Assembly (NCBI GenBank): GCA_963850305.1
Contig: CAWKKR010000008.1
Span: 384,001 to 448,000, forward strand
Length of the DNA: 64,000 bases
From: an uncultured delta proteobacterium
GTDB lineage: Bacteria; Myxococcota_A; Polyangia; Polyangiales; Polyangiaceae
Direction: 5' to 3'
The notes below the pieces were generated by a model that saw only the letters and a program-made list of their open reading frames with translations, was not told the origin of the DNA and did not search any database. The translations under genes were made by a program, and so were the position numbers. Each line of letters begins with the position of its first letter. The first letter of the stretch is position 1. Shown one piece after another: positions 11,907 to 22,506 of this stretch.

Positions 11907-12824
11907 TCACCGCGCGCGACGTCCCAGCGCGGCCGCGGCGCGTGCCGCGACCGCTGCTCGGCCGAGCTCGGCGACGTCGCCTTCGTCCGTGTCGGCGATG
12001 GCACGGTCAATCCCGATGGCGCCGTCTCCGGTGCGCACCACGACGCCGGCCTTCGTGATCGCGGCTTCGCCGGGCAAGAGTGCCGTCGGAAAATCCGCAG
12101 CAACAAAAGCTCTCGTCACGAAAAATTCGAACGCCTCGATCCGGAGCGCAACCCCGGGCACGGGCGACAGCGCGCGCACGCGTCGCAGAACGCGCTCGGC
12201 GGGCCACGTCCAATCGACGCGCAGGAGCTCGCCCGAGGGCTCGGCTGCCCACGTGGCGTCTGCTTCGACCTGGGACGTCGCGTGAGGGACGACGCCCGCC
12301 CGGAACGCGCGGACCGCGCCGCGGAGCAGGCGCAAACTCGGTCGGTCGAGGGCGCGCGCGAGCTGCCATGAGTCCCGTTCGCCCACGGGGAGCGACTCCG
12401 TGAAGAGGACGTCGCCTTCGTCGTAGCGAGCCGTCAATCGGTGCAGCGAGACGCCGGTCACCGCGTCACCCGCGTCGATCGCGGCGAAGAACGGGTTCGG
12501 ACCACGATGCTTCGGCAGGAGCGAAGGGTGAACGCCGATCGCACCGAGCAACGGAGCGCAAAGCCACCGAGCCGGCAGGAGCCGGGTATGAAACCAGCTC
12601 ACGAGCAGATCGGGCGGACGATCGGAGAAACGTCGGTCGAGCCGTTCGTCGAGCTCGGCCGTCGTATCGAACTCGCGCGCATCGACCAGCCGAGGCCCGA
12701 GACGTCGCGCGAGCCTCCGGCGTCCGGGCGCGTCGAGCTTCGGGAGTACGGCGAAGTCCAGCTCCGCGCCGTCCTCGAGGAGCAAGAGCGCGCCGAGCGG
12801 GAGCCCGAAGTAGGCGACGCGCAT
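11907..12824 (-). CDS. Methionyl-tRNA formyltransferase-like (formyl_trans_N) protein
   Basis: MRVAYFG, VHPSLLPKHRGPNP, TGVSLHRL...YDEGD, RVRALSPVPG motifs. Confidence 0.85.
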   Translation of the reverse strand: MRVAYFGLPLGALLLLEDGAELDFAVLPKLDAPGRRRLARRLGPRLVDAREFDTTAELDERLDRRFSDRPPDLLVSWFHTRLLPARWLCAPLLGAIGVHPSLLPKHRGPNPFFAAIDAGDAVTGVSLHRLTARYDEGDVLFTESLPVGERDSWQLARALDRPSLRLLRGAVRAFRAGVVPHATSQVEADATWAAEPSGELLRVDWTWPAERVLRRVRALSPVPGVALRIEAFEFFVTRAFVAADFPTALLPGEAAITKAGVVVRTGDGAIGIDRAIADTDEGDVAELGRAAVAARAAAALGRRAR

Positions 12825-15435
12825 CAGGCACCGAGCTTCGCGCCGAGCCGGCGAACGACCTCGGGGACGTCGGGCGTGACGTCGAAAAAGCCCGCGAGCG
12901 GATCGCCGCGGCTGGCGACGCGGTCCCGCGCGGTGAACATGGAGAAGTCACGGGGGTCGAGCGCACGGTGCACCTCGTCCCAGAGCAGCGGCAGACTGAC
13001 GGTCGCGCCCGGCGTGGCGCGCACCGAGTAGGGCGCGACGATGGTGCGCGACCGGCCCGTCTGCCCCGCGTCGATGAACACGCGATCGCCGCGCGCGGCG
13101 ATCCGTCGTTCCATCGTCGAGAGGTCCGGATGACGGATCTGGAGGAGCCGCCCGACGAGCTCGACCATCGTCTTGGCCACATCGAACGACACGCCGGGGC
13201 CGAGCGGGACGAGCACGTGCAGTCCGGTCTGTCCCGACGTCTTCGGAAAGCCGACGAGGCCGAGATCCTGCAGTAACTCGCGGAGCGATAGCGCGAGGGT
13301 CACCGCGTCCGAAAACGCGCGAGGTCCGAGATCGAAATCGACGACGAAGTAATCGCACTCGGTCATCGTCTCGCTCCGGTACGGGAGCACGTGAATCGGG
13401 ATGCACCCGAGGTTCACGACGTACACGAGCCCCTCGACGGTGTCCGCGACGAACGCGTGCTTGCCGTGTCCCTCTTCGTCCGTCGGAAGATCGAGCGTCC
13501 GCACCCAGTCGGGCGTCCCCCGGGGGACGTTCCATTGAAAGAAGTTCTTGCCGGCAATGCCGTCCGGGTAACGCACGAGTACGATGGGGCAATCCTTCAG
13601 GAACGGCAGCATCACGTCCGCGATGCTGGCGTAGTAGTCGATGAGCTCGCCCTTGGTGTAACCCTCGTCGGGCCAGAACACCTTGTCGCGATTCGTGCCG
13701 AGGCCCCTGGACTTCGGTCCGCGAGAAGCGGCGGTCGGCGCGGACGCCACGTCCAGCATCTCGAACGGCGGAGCGGCGGTGCACGAGACCGCGTCCATGT
13801 CATCGCGAATACCATGGAACACGGGGTGACGCAGATTGCCGTCTTCCGTCCACCCGCTGAAGGACACATTCACGACGAGCTCCGGCCGCGTGAAGTGACG
13901 TACCCCTTCCTCGCGGGCAGGTTCGCCCACGGCCGGCGGCGCGTCCACCTCGAGCGGCGACAGCCTTTCCCGGAGCGTGCGGATCGCCCCGGCTTCGAGC
14001 CCGCTCCCGACGCGACCACGGAACCGCCACTTTCCGTCGAGGGCCGTCGCCAGCTCGAGCGCGCCGAGCGTCGTCCGCGCCCCCTTGCCTTCGACCCAGC
14101 CCACGACGGCAAATCCGCCTCTCGCACGCGCTTGATCTTGGACCAGTCTTCCGAGCGCTCGGGTCCCGCCCGGTACGGCGACGCCGCGTTCTTCGCCACG
14201 ACTCCTTCGAGCCCGAGCTTCGCGCACAGGTCGAAGAGCGGACGTCCGTCACCGTCGAGGTGATCGAGCATCCGAATGACGCCGCGCCGCGGAACTATCT
14301 CGGCGAGCAGCTCCTTTCTGGCGCGGAGCGGCAGCGAGCGAAGATCCCAATCGCCAACCTGCAGGACGTCGAAGACGACGTAGACGACCGGAACTTCCGC
14401 GGCGGCGTGCATGACATCGTGGGGGCGCGTCAGATGCATCCGGCGCCCGAGCCGGTGAAAGCTCGGACGTCCCTCGTCGTCGAACGCGACCACCTCGCCG
14501 TCGAGCACGAGCCGGTCGGGCGCGAGCGAGCGCACGGCGCGGGCGACCTCCGGATACGTGCCGGTCATCACACGCTGCGAGCGGTAGATGAGCGCCACGT
14601 CGCCACCTCGACGGTCCGCGAGCAGCCGCACCCCGTCGAGCTTGAGCTCGTAGAGGCGCTTCGGGTCGTCGAGGCGTGCGTCGCCGGCGCAGAGCATCGG
14701 CGTGAGCTTCCGCGCGTCGAGATCTCCGGTGAGAGCGCCGAGCCGGCGCGCATGCGCGACGAAGGACGCCGCGACCTCCTGCTTCCGCGCGAGAGCCTCG
14801 ACGGTCATCCCCGAGAGCACGCTCTCGGGCGCTTCACCGACGATGTCGCGTTCCTGCGACGAGAACGCGTCTTCCTTCTTGATGAGGAGCCATTGATTCT
14901 TCTCGTCGGGATCGCGACCAGCCCGCTTGCCAGTCTGGACCAGCGCGAAGCGGCCGCCGAGCTTGTACCCGGAGAGCACGAAATCCAGCTTGCCCTTCGC
15001 CAGACCTTCCTCCGGAGGCTCGAGATACCGGACCCGGCCCGCGTCCCAGACGATCATGGCACCTGCGCCGTAGTTGCCGTCGGGAATGACGTCCTCGAAG
15101 TCCGCGTATTCAAGCGGGTGGTCTTCCGTGTGAACGGCCAATCGCTTCTCGCGCGGGTCGAGGCTCGGCCCTTTTGGGACGGCGAAGCTCATCAGCGTGC
15201 CGCCGATCTGCAAGCGCACGTCCCAGTGGCGCCGCCTCGCGTCGTGGAGATGCACGACGAACGCGCCCGTTACGGAAGTGGCGCTGCCAATGCGTTCAGC
15301 CGCGAACGGCTCCGTCGTCCTCGACGGATCGCGCTTTCGTCGATAAGCATCGAGCCCGGCCGCTGATCCCGCGTCCGTCTTCGGACGGATCGTCGATTCA
15401 CCCGCGGTCGCTTTAGCTGAAGTTTTAGTCACCAA
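12824..15435 (-). pseudogene. ligD: NHEJ DNA ligase D (phosphoesterase-ligase-polymerase), one frameshift ~14112 (likely sequencing error)
   Basis: PE domain (YRRKRD..TTEP, HDARRRHWDVRL), ligase (ELKLDGVR, EGVVAK, WSKIK), polymerase (TNRDKVFWP, RYPDGI, DFDLG, KTSGQTGLH); frames 13870..15435 and 12824..14227 join if one A is added at 14111-14113. Confidence 0.9.
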
Positions 15436-15504
15436 AAACCGCCCAGGGTACGATACCGAAAAGATGATGACGGAGCGCGCTCAACTCAGCTTCGAGGTAA
15501 CGCC

Positions 15505-16377
15505 ATGGCCGCACGAGCGATAGCTTCCGGCGTCATTTCGTTCGGCCTCGTGTCGATTCCGGTCAAGCTGTATACGGCCGCCTCGTCCGAGCAGGTGCGC
15601 TTCAACATGCTCGACGCGCGTCACGGCGTGCGAATCAAGCAGCAGTACTACTCGCCCGCGGACGGCAAGGTTCTCGAGAAGGACGAGATCATCAAGGGGT
15701 ACGAGTACGCGCGCGACCAGTTCGTGAAGTTCACGGACGAGGAGCTCAAGGCGCTCGAGGCCGACCGCAGCAACCACATGGAGATCGTGGAATTCGTGCC
15801 ACTCTCCACGTTCGACTTCGTCCAGATCGAGAAGACGTACTACCTCGGGGCCGACAAGGGCGGCGACAAGGCGTACCGCTTGCTGTCCGAGTCCATGGGG
15901 AAGAAGGAAAAGGTCGCGGTGGGTCGCTGGGCGGCGCGCGGCAAGGAACAGCTCGTCCTCATCCGCGCGTATCGCGGCGGTCTGATCGTCCATCAGCTCT
16001 ATTATTCGAACGAGGTGCGCTCGTTCGAAGAGGTGGACGACACGGCGAGGTTCACGTTCAGCGACAAGGAGCGTGATCTGGCGGAAAAGCTCATCGATCA
16101 GCTCTCCGTGGACGAGTTTTCACCCGCCAAGTACCACGACGACTACGCGGACCGGGTGCGTGCCGCAGTCGAGCAGAAGGTCGCGGGAGAGCAGATCGTC
16201 GTGAGCGCCGAGGCGCCGCGTGCGCAGATCATCGATCTGTTCGAGGCCCTGAAGAAGAGTATCGCGGAGGCGAAGAAGCCGGGCAAGGCGTCGGAAGAGG
16301 AAGCGCCGATGACCCCGCGCCCGATGAAGAAGGCCGAACCCGCCAAGTCGCCCAGCAAGAAGAAGCACGCGGGCTGA
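15505..16377 (+). CDS. ku: NHEJ DNA end-binding protein Ku
   Basis: RAIASGVISFGLVSIPVKLY...YYL...IIDLFEALKKS, basic C-terminal tail; divergent from ligD. Confidence 0.95.
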   Translation: MAARAIASGVISFGLVSIPVKLYTAASSEQVRFNMLDARHGVRIKQQYYSPADGKVLEKDEIIKGYEYARDQFVKFTDEELKALEADRSNHMEIVEFVPLSTFDFVQIEKTYYLGADKGGDKAYRLLSESMGKKEKVAVGRWAARGKEQLVLIRAYRGGLIVHQLYYSNEVRSFEEVDDTARFTFSDKERDLAEKLIDQLSVDEFSPAKYHDDYADRVRAAVEQKVAGEQIVVSAEAPRAQIIDLFEALKKSIAEAKKPGKASEEEAPMTPRPMKKAEPAKSPSKKKHAG

Positions 16378-16413
16378 CCCGCCCGAGCTGCCCGCGCTCG
16401 GGCACCGAACTAT

Positions 16414-18807
16414 ATGGACGCGACCGATCGACGCAAGGCCGCGCGGGACCTCGAGTGGAGCGCGGTGCTCGACCGCATCGCCGGTCGCTGCGTGAGTGAA
16501 CCGGGTGCGGCGTTCGTGCGCGCGCTCGAGCCGGCCGAGTCCATGGAGGAAGCGCAGGTACGTTCGTCGCTGGCACGTGACGCCGTCGCTCTCTCCAGAA
16601 AGGGCGCGACGCTCCCCGTCGCCGCCGTTCCCGAGACCGGCGAGCTACTCGAACGGGTGGCGCGAGGCGCGGTCGCGACGGGACCGGAGCTCGCGACGCT
16701 GCGAAGATTGCTCGACGCGGCGAGGGCGCTTCGCGAATTCGCCGCGTCGCACCGCGAGGAGCGGCCCGCACTCGCGCTGGCGCTCTTCACGGACCGTGGA
16801 ATGGAAGAGCTGCGTGAAGAATTGGGGGGCGCCCTCGACGACGGCGGGAACGTGCTCGACCGAGCGTCGTCCGAGCTCGCGCGAGCCCGCAAGCGAGCCG
16901 CCGACATCCGTCGCGAGCTCGCCTCACGATTGTCGGAGCTGATGAACCGCTACGGCGACGTGCTGCGGGACCGCTTCTACACGGAACGCGACGGGCGGTA
17001 CGTGCTGCCCGTCCGCGCGGACGCGCCCTTTCGCGTCGATGGAATCGTGTTCGGGTCGAGTGCGTCGGGCGGGACGCTCTATGTCGAGCCGCGCGAGGTG
17101 ACGGAGATCGCCAATCGACGTCACGTCGCCGAGGCCGAGGTCGAGCGTGAGGTCGCGCGCGTGCTCGGGGCACTCTCCGTTTCCGTGAGGGGCCGGGTGT
17201 CCCCGCTCGTCGTCGCGCGGGATGCCGTCGTGCGTGCGGACGTACTCGCCGCGCTCGCTGCGTGGGCGGACGCGACCACATCGGTGGTCGTCTCGGTCGA
17301 CGAGAGCGGCGAGCTCGATCTGCGAGCGATGCGGCATCCGCTCCTGGTCGGCGGAGAGACGGAGGTCGTACCGAGCAATCTACGGCTCTCGCGCGGTCAC
17401 GGGCTCGTCGTTTCCGGGCCGAACGCGGGCGGCAAGACCGTCGCGCTGAAATGTCTCGGGCTTGCCGCGTGGATGGCGCGCGCCGGGATCCCCGTTCCCG
17501 CGGATCCCGCGTCGCGGATCGGCTGGTTCGAGCCCGTGCTCACGGACGTGGGCGACGAGCAGTCCCTGGCGCGCTCGCTCTCGACGTTCAGCGCGCACGC
17601 GGCGCGGGTCGGGCGATACTTGAGCCTCGCCGGATCCGGCGCGCTCGTGCTGCTGGACGAAATCGCCGCCGGCACGGATCCGGACGAGGGAGCGGCGCTC
17701 GCCGCAGCCGTGCTCGAAGCGCTGGTGGACGCCGACGCAGCAGTCGCCGTCACGACGCACCAGGAGCGGCTGAAGCAGCTCGCGGTTCACGACGTGCGGT
17801 TCGAAAACGCGTCCGTGGGGTTCGACTTCGAGACGATGAGCCCGACCTTCCGCGTGACACTCGGCGTCCCCGGAGCGTCGAGCGCCCTCGCCGTCGCCGC
17901 GCGCTACGGCATCCCTCGCGACGTCATCGCCCGCGCCGAGCGACTCATCCCCGAGGAGAACCTGCGCCGCGACGAGCTGCTCGGAGAAATCGAAGCCGAT
18001 CGCGCCCGAGCCGAAACGGAACGGCGTAGAGCCGAAGAAGACGCCCGCGAACAGGCTCGCCTACGCGAAGCGCTGGAGAGCGAGGTCCGCCGCGCCCGCG
18101 AGCAGGAGCGGGCCCGTCTCGCGCGTGAAGGCAGCGAGCTGGCGGCCGCCGTACGCGAGGCGCGTGGGAAGCTCCGCGCCGCCACGGAGCGACTCGCCCG
18201 GGGCGGCGTAGATCGCGAAGAGCTGCGCACCCTCGAGAAGAGCGTGAACGTCGCGGCGAGTGAGGCAGCTCTCGGCAGCCGGCTCGAGACGGCTCTCCGC
18301 GGCGACGCCGGCTCGCACACCAGCGTCGGTCGTGTCGCCAAGGGCGACACGATCTACGTCCCGAAGCTCCGGACGCACGCCGAGGTGCTCGAAGCGCCGT
18401 CGCGCGGCCAGGTGCGAGTCACGGCCGGCGGACTGAAGCTCACTCTGCGACTCGATGAAATCGCACCTCCGGCAGCCGGAGCTCGAACGGCGGGAGCCAA
18501 ACCCAGAACGCAGCGGCACGACGTCCCCGCGGTACATCGCGACGAAACGCCCGTGCGCACCGAGTCCACGACGTGCGACGTGCGCGGCATGCGCGTCGAC
18601 GAGGCGCTCGGCCGCGTCGAAGCCTTCGTCAATCGACTGCTCTCCGACGGTCACCCCGCCGGCTTCGTGCTCCACGGGCACGGAACGGGCGCGCTCAAGA
18701 GCGCAATACGCGAGCACCTCGAGGCGCACCGATTCGTCGCGCGCTCGCGTGCCGCGGACACGGACGACGGCGGTGACGCCTTCACCGTTCTGTGGACCGC
18801 GGGGTGA
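16414..18807 (+). CDS. mutS2: Endonuclease MutS2 (MutS ATPase plus Smr domain)
   Basis: LEW..VL N-terminus, SGPNAGGKT Walker A, QSLARSLSTFSAH, LLDEIAAGTDP, C-terminal Smr HGHGTGALK. Confidence 0.92.
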   Translation: MDATDRRKAARDLEWSAVLDRIAGRCVSEPGAAFVRALEPAESMEEAQVRSSLARDAVALSRKGATLPVAAVPETGELLERVARGAVATGPELATLRRLLDAARALREFAASHREERPALALALFTDRGMEELREELGGALDDGGNVLDRASSELARARKRAADIRRELASRLSELMNRYGDVLRDRFYTERDGRYVLPVRADAPFRVDGIVFGSSASGGTLYVEPREVTEIANRRHVAEAEVEREVARVLGALSVSVRGRVSPLVVARDAVVRADVLAALAAWADATTSVVVSVDESGELDLRAMRHPLLVGGETEVVPSNLRLSRGHGLVVSGPNAGGKTVALKCLGLAAWMARAGIPVPADPASRIGWFEPVLTDVGDEQSLARSLSTFSAHAARVGRYLSLAGSGALVLLDEIAAGTDPDEGAALAAAVLEALVDADAAVAVTTHQERLKQLAVHDVRFENASVGFDFETMSPTFRVTLGVPGASSALAVAARYGIPRDVIARAERLIPEENLRRDELLGEIEADRARAETERRRAEEDAREQARLREALESEVRRAREQERARLAREGSELAAAVREARGKLRAATERLARGGVDREELRTLEKSVNVAASEAALGSRLETALRGDAGSHTSVGRVAKGDTIYVPKLRTHAEVLEAPSRGQVRVTAGGLKLTLRLDEIAPPAAGARTAGAKPRTQRHDVPAVHRDETPVRTESTTCDVRGMRVDEALGRVEAFVNRLLSDGHPAGFVLHGHGTGALKSAIREHLEAHRFVARSRAADTDDGGDAFTVLWTAG

Positions 18808-18825
18808 AGGACGAGGCGGGGTGAT

Positions 18826-19077
18826 TCAGTCCTTCGACGCGTCCCCGTGCACGCAAGCGCAGGACTCCCACGACATCCCGTCCATCGCGCAGATCTGCAC
18901 GCCTCGGGACGTGTCCACGCAGTAACACAGCTCCGTCGAGCCCGGCGCGCAGACGCGAGACGAACACGACCCGGCGTCGCTCGAGGTGCTCGTCTGCGGG
19001 ACTGGAGTGATCGTATCCGGGCCGCAAGCGCATGTGGCCAGAAGCGCGAAGCACCCGAGCAGCCAGAGGCGGTTCAT
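18826..19077 (-). CDS. Small Cys-rich lipoprotein
   Basis: Signal peptide plus CACG lipobox, CAPGSTELCYC...GVQIC...WESCAC; start overlaps cupin stop. Confidence 0.65.
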   Translation of the reverse strand: MNRLWLLGCFALLATCACGPDTITPVPQTSTSSDAGSCSSRVCAPGSTELCYCVDTSRGVQICAMDGMSWESCACVHGDASKD

Positions 19078-19394
19078 GGCGGCAAGTCGATGTCACTGAC
19101 GACGAAAATGACGGCGGGTTCGTCCCCCGAGTTCTTCGCCCGGTGACGGGTGCCCCGGTCGAGGACGCCGCACTGGCCGGCCGAGAGCGTCGCGATGCCC
19201 TCGTCGAACTCGAGCTCGAGCATGCCTTCCACGACGTACATGACGTGGCTGCGCTCGCACCATTCCGGGTCCGCGAAGCCGGGCGCGAATTCGAGGAGCC
19301 CCACTCCTCGACCGAGCAGCGTCTTCTTCATTTCACGCGGATGCGCCCCTTGCTCCCATGGCATCGACCCGAATGGAACGCGCGTGAATGCCAT
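19074..19394 (-). CDS. Cupin domain protein
   Basis: WCERSHVMYVVEG...GTRHRAKNSGDEPA cupin motifs; ATG 19394 is 8 nt from glyQ stop. Confidence 0.8.
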   Translation of the reverse strand: MAFTRVPFGSMPWEQGAHPREMKKTLLGRGVGLLEFAPGFADPEWCERSHVMYVVEGMLELEFDEGIATLSAGQCGVLDRGTRHRAKNSGDEPAVIFVVSDIDLPP

Positions 19395-19402
19395 GTGTCC
19401 TT

Positions 19403-20320
19403 TTACTCCGCAGCCTTCGCGGGGGTCTTCTTCGAGAGGGGAAACCCGAGCGCTTCGCGCTGGGCAAAGTAGGCGTGACACACGTCGCGAGCGATCGCAC
19501 GGACGCGGAGGATATAGCGCTGGCGTTCGGTCACACCAATGGCGGAACGTGCGTCGAGAACGTTGAACGCGTGCGCGGCCTTGACGACGAAGTCGTACGC
19601 GGGAAGCACGAGCTGCTTCAGCGGGTCCTCGCTCCGGCCGAGGAGGCGGCGGACCTCCGCCTCCGCATGGTCGAAGGTGAGAAGGTGATGTTCGACGTCC
19701 GCTTCCTCGAAGTTGTAAGTGGACCACTCCCACTCGGCGCGCCGATACATTTCGCCGTAAGTGACGTTCGCGTCGTAGCGGATCTCGGAAAAGTGATCGA
19801 CGTCCTGCAGGTACATCGCGATGCGCTCGAGCCCGTAGGTCAGCTCGCCGCTGACGGGCCGGCACTCGAGCCCGCCAACCTGCTGAAAATACGTGAACTG
19901 ACTGATCTCCAGCCCGTCGAGCCAGACTTGCCAGCCGAGGCCCCACGCGCCGAGCGTCGGGCTCTCCCAGTCGTCCTCGATGAACCGCACATCGTGGTCC
20001 AGCGGGTTCGTGCCGATCGCGCGGAGCGACTCGAGATAGAGATCCTGAATGTCGAGGGGGCTCGGCTTGAGGATCACCTGGAACTGGTGGAACTGCTGGA
20101 GACGGTTCGGGTTGTCGCCGTAACGGCCGTCAGTGGGCCGGCGCGACGGCTCCACGTACGCGACCTTCCACGGCTCCGGACCGATTGCACGGAGCACGGT
20201 CGCCGGGTTGAACGTCCCCGCGCCGACCTCGGAATTATAAGGCTGCACGATCAGGCAGCCGCGCTCGGCCCAGAAGCGCTGGAGATTGAGGATCAGATCC
20301 TGGAAGGTCAGGGCAGGCAC
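19403..20320 (-). CDS. glyQ: Glycine-tRNA ligase alpha subunit
   Basis: [54 protein letters not shown]. Confidence 0.97.
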   Translation of the reverse strand: MPALTFQDLILNLQRFWAERGCLIVQPYNSEVGAGTFNPATVLRAIGPEPWKVAYVEPSRRPTDGRYGDNPNRLQQFHQFQVILKPSPLDIQDLYLESLRAIGTNPLDHDVRFIEDDWESPTLGAWGLGWQVWLDGLEISQFTYFQQVGGLECRPVSGELTYGLERIAMYLQDVDHFSEIRYDANVTYGEMYRRAEWEWSTYNFEEADVEHHLLTFDHAEAEVRRLLGRSEDPLKQLVLPAYDFVVKAAHAFNVLDARSAIGVTERQRYILRVRAIARDVCHAYFAQREALGFPLSKKTPAKAAE

Positions 20321-20335
20321 GCCGGTCCCCTTCTA

Positions 20336-21043
20336 CTACGCAGACGCCTTCGGGAAAACTCGCACGAGCTCGGTCGCGAACTCGGGTCCGCGGACCTCGT
20401 GTTTCAGGTAAACGAATGCGTCCTTCCACGGCTCGCCGCCGATGCGATCCGCCCACTCGGCGAGCTCCCGGGGCCGATATTCCGGTGCCCGGAGCCGCAG
20501 GTAGCCGAAGTCCGCCGTCGGGACCAGGGGCGGACTCTTTTCGGCGTCGTCGGCGTCGCCGGCCACCAGCGCGACGTTCTTCGCCCTGAGGGCCGTGTAG
20601 GTGTCGTCGCTGAACCACGACCGGTGGCGAAACTCGAACGCCGCTCGAGTGCCTGGCGGGATGAGCGAGAGGAACGCCTCGAGCCTCGGCACGTCTTTCT
20701 TGAGGAACGGAGGCAGCTGGAAGAGCAGAGGGCCGAGCTTCGACCCGAGAACGGAGGCCGCGGAGAGAAACGCTGCCAGCGACTCCGCCGATCCGTGGAT
20801 TTTCTCGCGATGCGTGATGCGCTGGGGCGCCTTGAGCGCGAAGAAAAAGGAGTCCCCGACCTGCTTTCCCCACGCTTCGACCGTCTCGGGCTTGGGCATC
20901 CGGTAAAAGGTGTTGTTGATCTCGACCGTCGAAAGCTTCCCCGCGTAATACGTGAGCATCTGCTTGTCGACGAGATCCGCCGGGTAGAAGCTCCCTTTCC
21001 ACTCCTTGTAAGAGAAGCCGCTCGTACCGGCGAAGAGGCGCAT
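20336..21043 (-). CDS. DUF72 (YecE-like) protein
   Basis: GTSGFSYKEWKGSFYP, VEINNTFYRMP, LFQLPP, EFRHRSW; ATG at 21043. Confidence 0.92.
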   Translation of the reverse strand: MRLFAGTSGFSYKEWKGSFYPADLVDKQMLTYYAGKLSTVEINNTFYRMPKPETVEAWGKQVGDSFFFALKAPQRITHREKIHGSAESLAAFLSAASVLGSKLGPLLFQLPPFLKKDVPRLEAFLSLIPPGTRAAFEFRHRSWFSDDTYTALRAKNVALVAGDADDAEKSPPLVPTADFGYLRLRAPEYRPRELAEWADRIGGEPWKDAFVYLKHEVRGPEFATELVRVFPKASA

Positions 21044-21052
21044 CGCGTTCGA

Positions 21053-21303
21053 GTCTACTAGGAAAGGGGCCTTGCCCCCGCGGCTCGCTTTCGCGACCGC
21101 TCCCCCGCCGCCTTCGGCGGGCTCGCTCCGCTCGTTTGGCAATGGGGGCCTTGCCCCCGCGGCTCGCTTTCGCGACCGCTCCCCCGCCGCCTTCGGCGGG
21201 CTCGCTCCGCTCGTTTGGCAATGGGGGCCTTGCCCCCGCGGCTCGCTTTCGCGACCGCTCCCCCGCCGCCTTCGGCGGGCTCGCTCCGCTCGCGTAGTTC
21301 CGC
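21053..21303. repeat. REP-like structured intergenic element, ~3 tandem 79-bp units
   Basis: Unit ggggccttgcccccgcggctcgctttcgcgaccgctcccccgccgccttcggcgggctcgctccgctcg starts at 21066, 21145 and 21224; flanked by gtctactaggaaa and cgtagttccgc ends shared with other copies. Confidence 0.9.
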
Positions 21304-21393
21304 ACCTCTTTGATCCTCGGGGACGGCGTGCTCGCCAATGCGGGACTATTATCAGGTTTCGCCGGGGCGGAAACGTGGCTTACGCTCCCGCTC

Positions 21394-22236
21394 ATGGCCG
21401 ATGCGCCGAACCGAAATGACCCCAGCGAGTGGAACCTCGTCGCCTCCGCGTACGAGGAAGTGGCCGTCCCGTTCATGGTGCTCTGGGCGGAGGAGGCCGT
21501 CCGCGTGGCGAAGCTGCTCCCCGAAGAGCGGGTGCTCGACGTGGCCACGGGGCCCGGCACGCTGGCGCTGCAGGCCGCGCCGAAGGTCCGTGAAGTCGTC
21601 GCCGTCGACTACGCCGAGGGCATGCTCGGCCAGCTGAAGGGGCGGATCGAGCGCGAAGGGGTGAAGAACGTCGAGGCTCGCAAGATGAACGGCCAGCAAC
21701 TGGAGCTCGCGAGCGAATCGTTCGATGCCGCGTTCTCCCTGTTCGGCCTCAACTTCTTTCCGGACCGGAAGCGCGGATTCCGCGAGCTCTATCGGGTCCT
21801 CAAACCAAAGGGGCGCGCGATCGTGGTCGCATGGAGCGCGCCGGAAGCGACGCCTCTCCTGTCGGCCATGGTGCGCGGCGTGCGCGAGGCGCTGCCCGAT
21901 CTCCCGCCGCCCGAGACGGCGCCGGCGGCGTTCAGCCTGCAGGATCCGACCCGATTCGCGACGGAAATGATCGAAGCCGGCTTCGACGAGGTCGAGGTCC
22001 GCGCGCACAAGGTCGAGCAGCGGCTCGAAGTATCGCTGGAGACCTACTTCGAGTGGCAGGCGCGCGCCAACGTGATGCTCGCCGGACTGAAGCAAAAGCT
22101 CCCCGACGAGGAGTGGAACAAGGTCCGCGCATCGGCACGCGCGCGCATGGCGGAGGTCATCGGCGACGGGCCGCTCGTGCTCCGCTCGGAAGCGAACTTC
22201 GGCATAGGGTGGCGCGAGGCGGACGAAGACGATTGA
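21394..22236 (+). CDS. Class I SAM-dependent methyltransferase
   Basis: VLDVATGPG motif I, AVDYAEGML, FDAAFSLFG, YRVLKPKG. Confidence 0.9.
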   Translation: MADAPNRNDPSEWNLVASAYEEVAVPFMVLWAEEAVRVAKLLPEERVLDVATGPGTLALQAAPKVREVVAVDYAEGMLGQLKGRIEREGVKNVEARKMNGQQLELASESFDAAFSLFGLNFFPDRKRGFRELYRVLKPKGRAIVVAWSAPEATPLLSAMVRGVREALPDLPPPETAPAAFSLQDPTRFATEMIEAGFDEVEVRAHKVEQRLEVSLETYFEWQARANVMLAGLKQKLPDEEWNKVRASARARMAEVIGDGPLVLRSEANFGIGWREADEDD

Positions 22237-22506
22237 TGGACTCGCGTTCGCGCCCGGGTCGAAGCTGGGAACGTCGGTCCGGCGCCGTCGGCGGCGATGT
22301 AGGTTTTTGAGCGCGACATGCCGAGGTAAGCCGAAGGCACGACGAATCATCGAACAACTACGTTGTCGTCGCGCCGTTTCGGTACCCGGACGCACAGTGT
22401 GTGTAAGCACGCACCGAACATTACAAAAAGGAGGACATTGCGCGAGGCGCAGAAGCGCCGGAGGCGCACCTTGCGGTAGGGTTCACCCTTCGGCGTGGGG
22501 TGATGA

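Noticed and set aside
14100..14125. Programmed frameshift in ligD
   Set aside because: No slippery heptamer; the break falls within the ligase OB region and matches the homopolymer indel pattern elsewhere.
21066..21292. CRISPR array or coding extension of DUF72
   Set aside because: Units are identical tandem copies; the DUF72 domain starts at ATG 21043.
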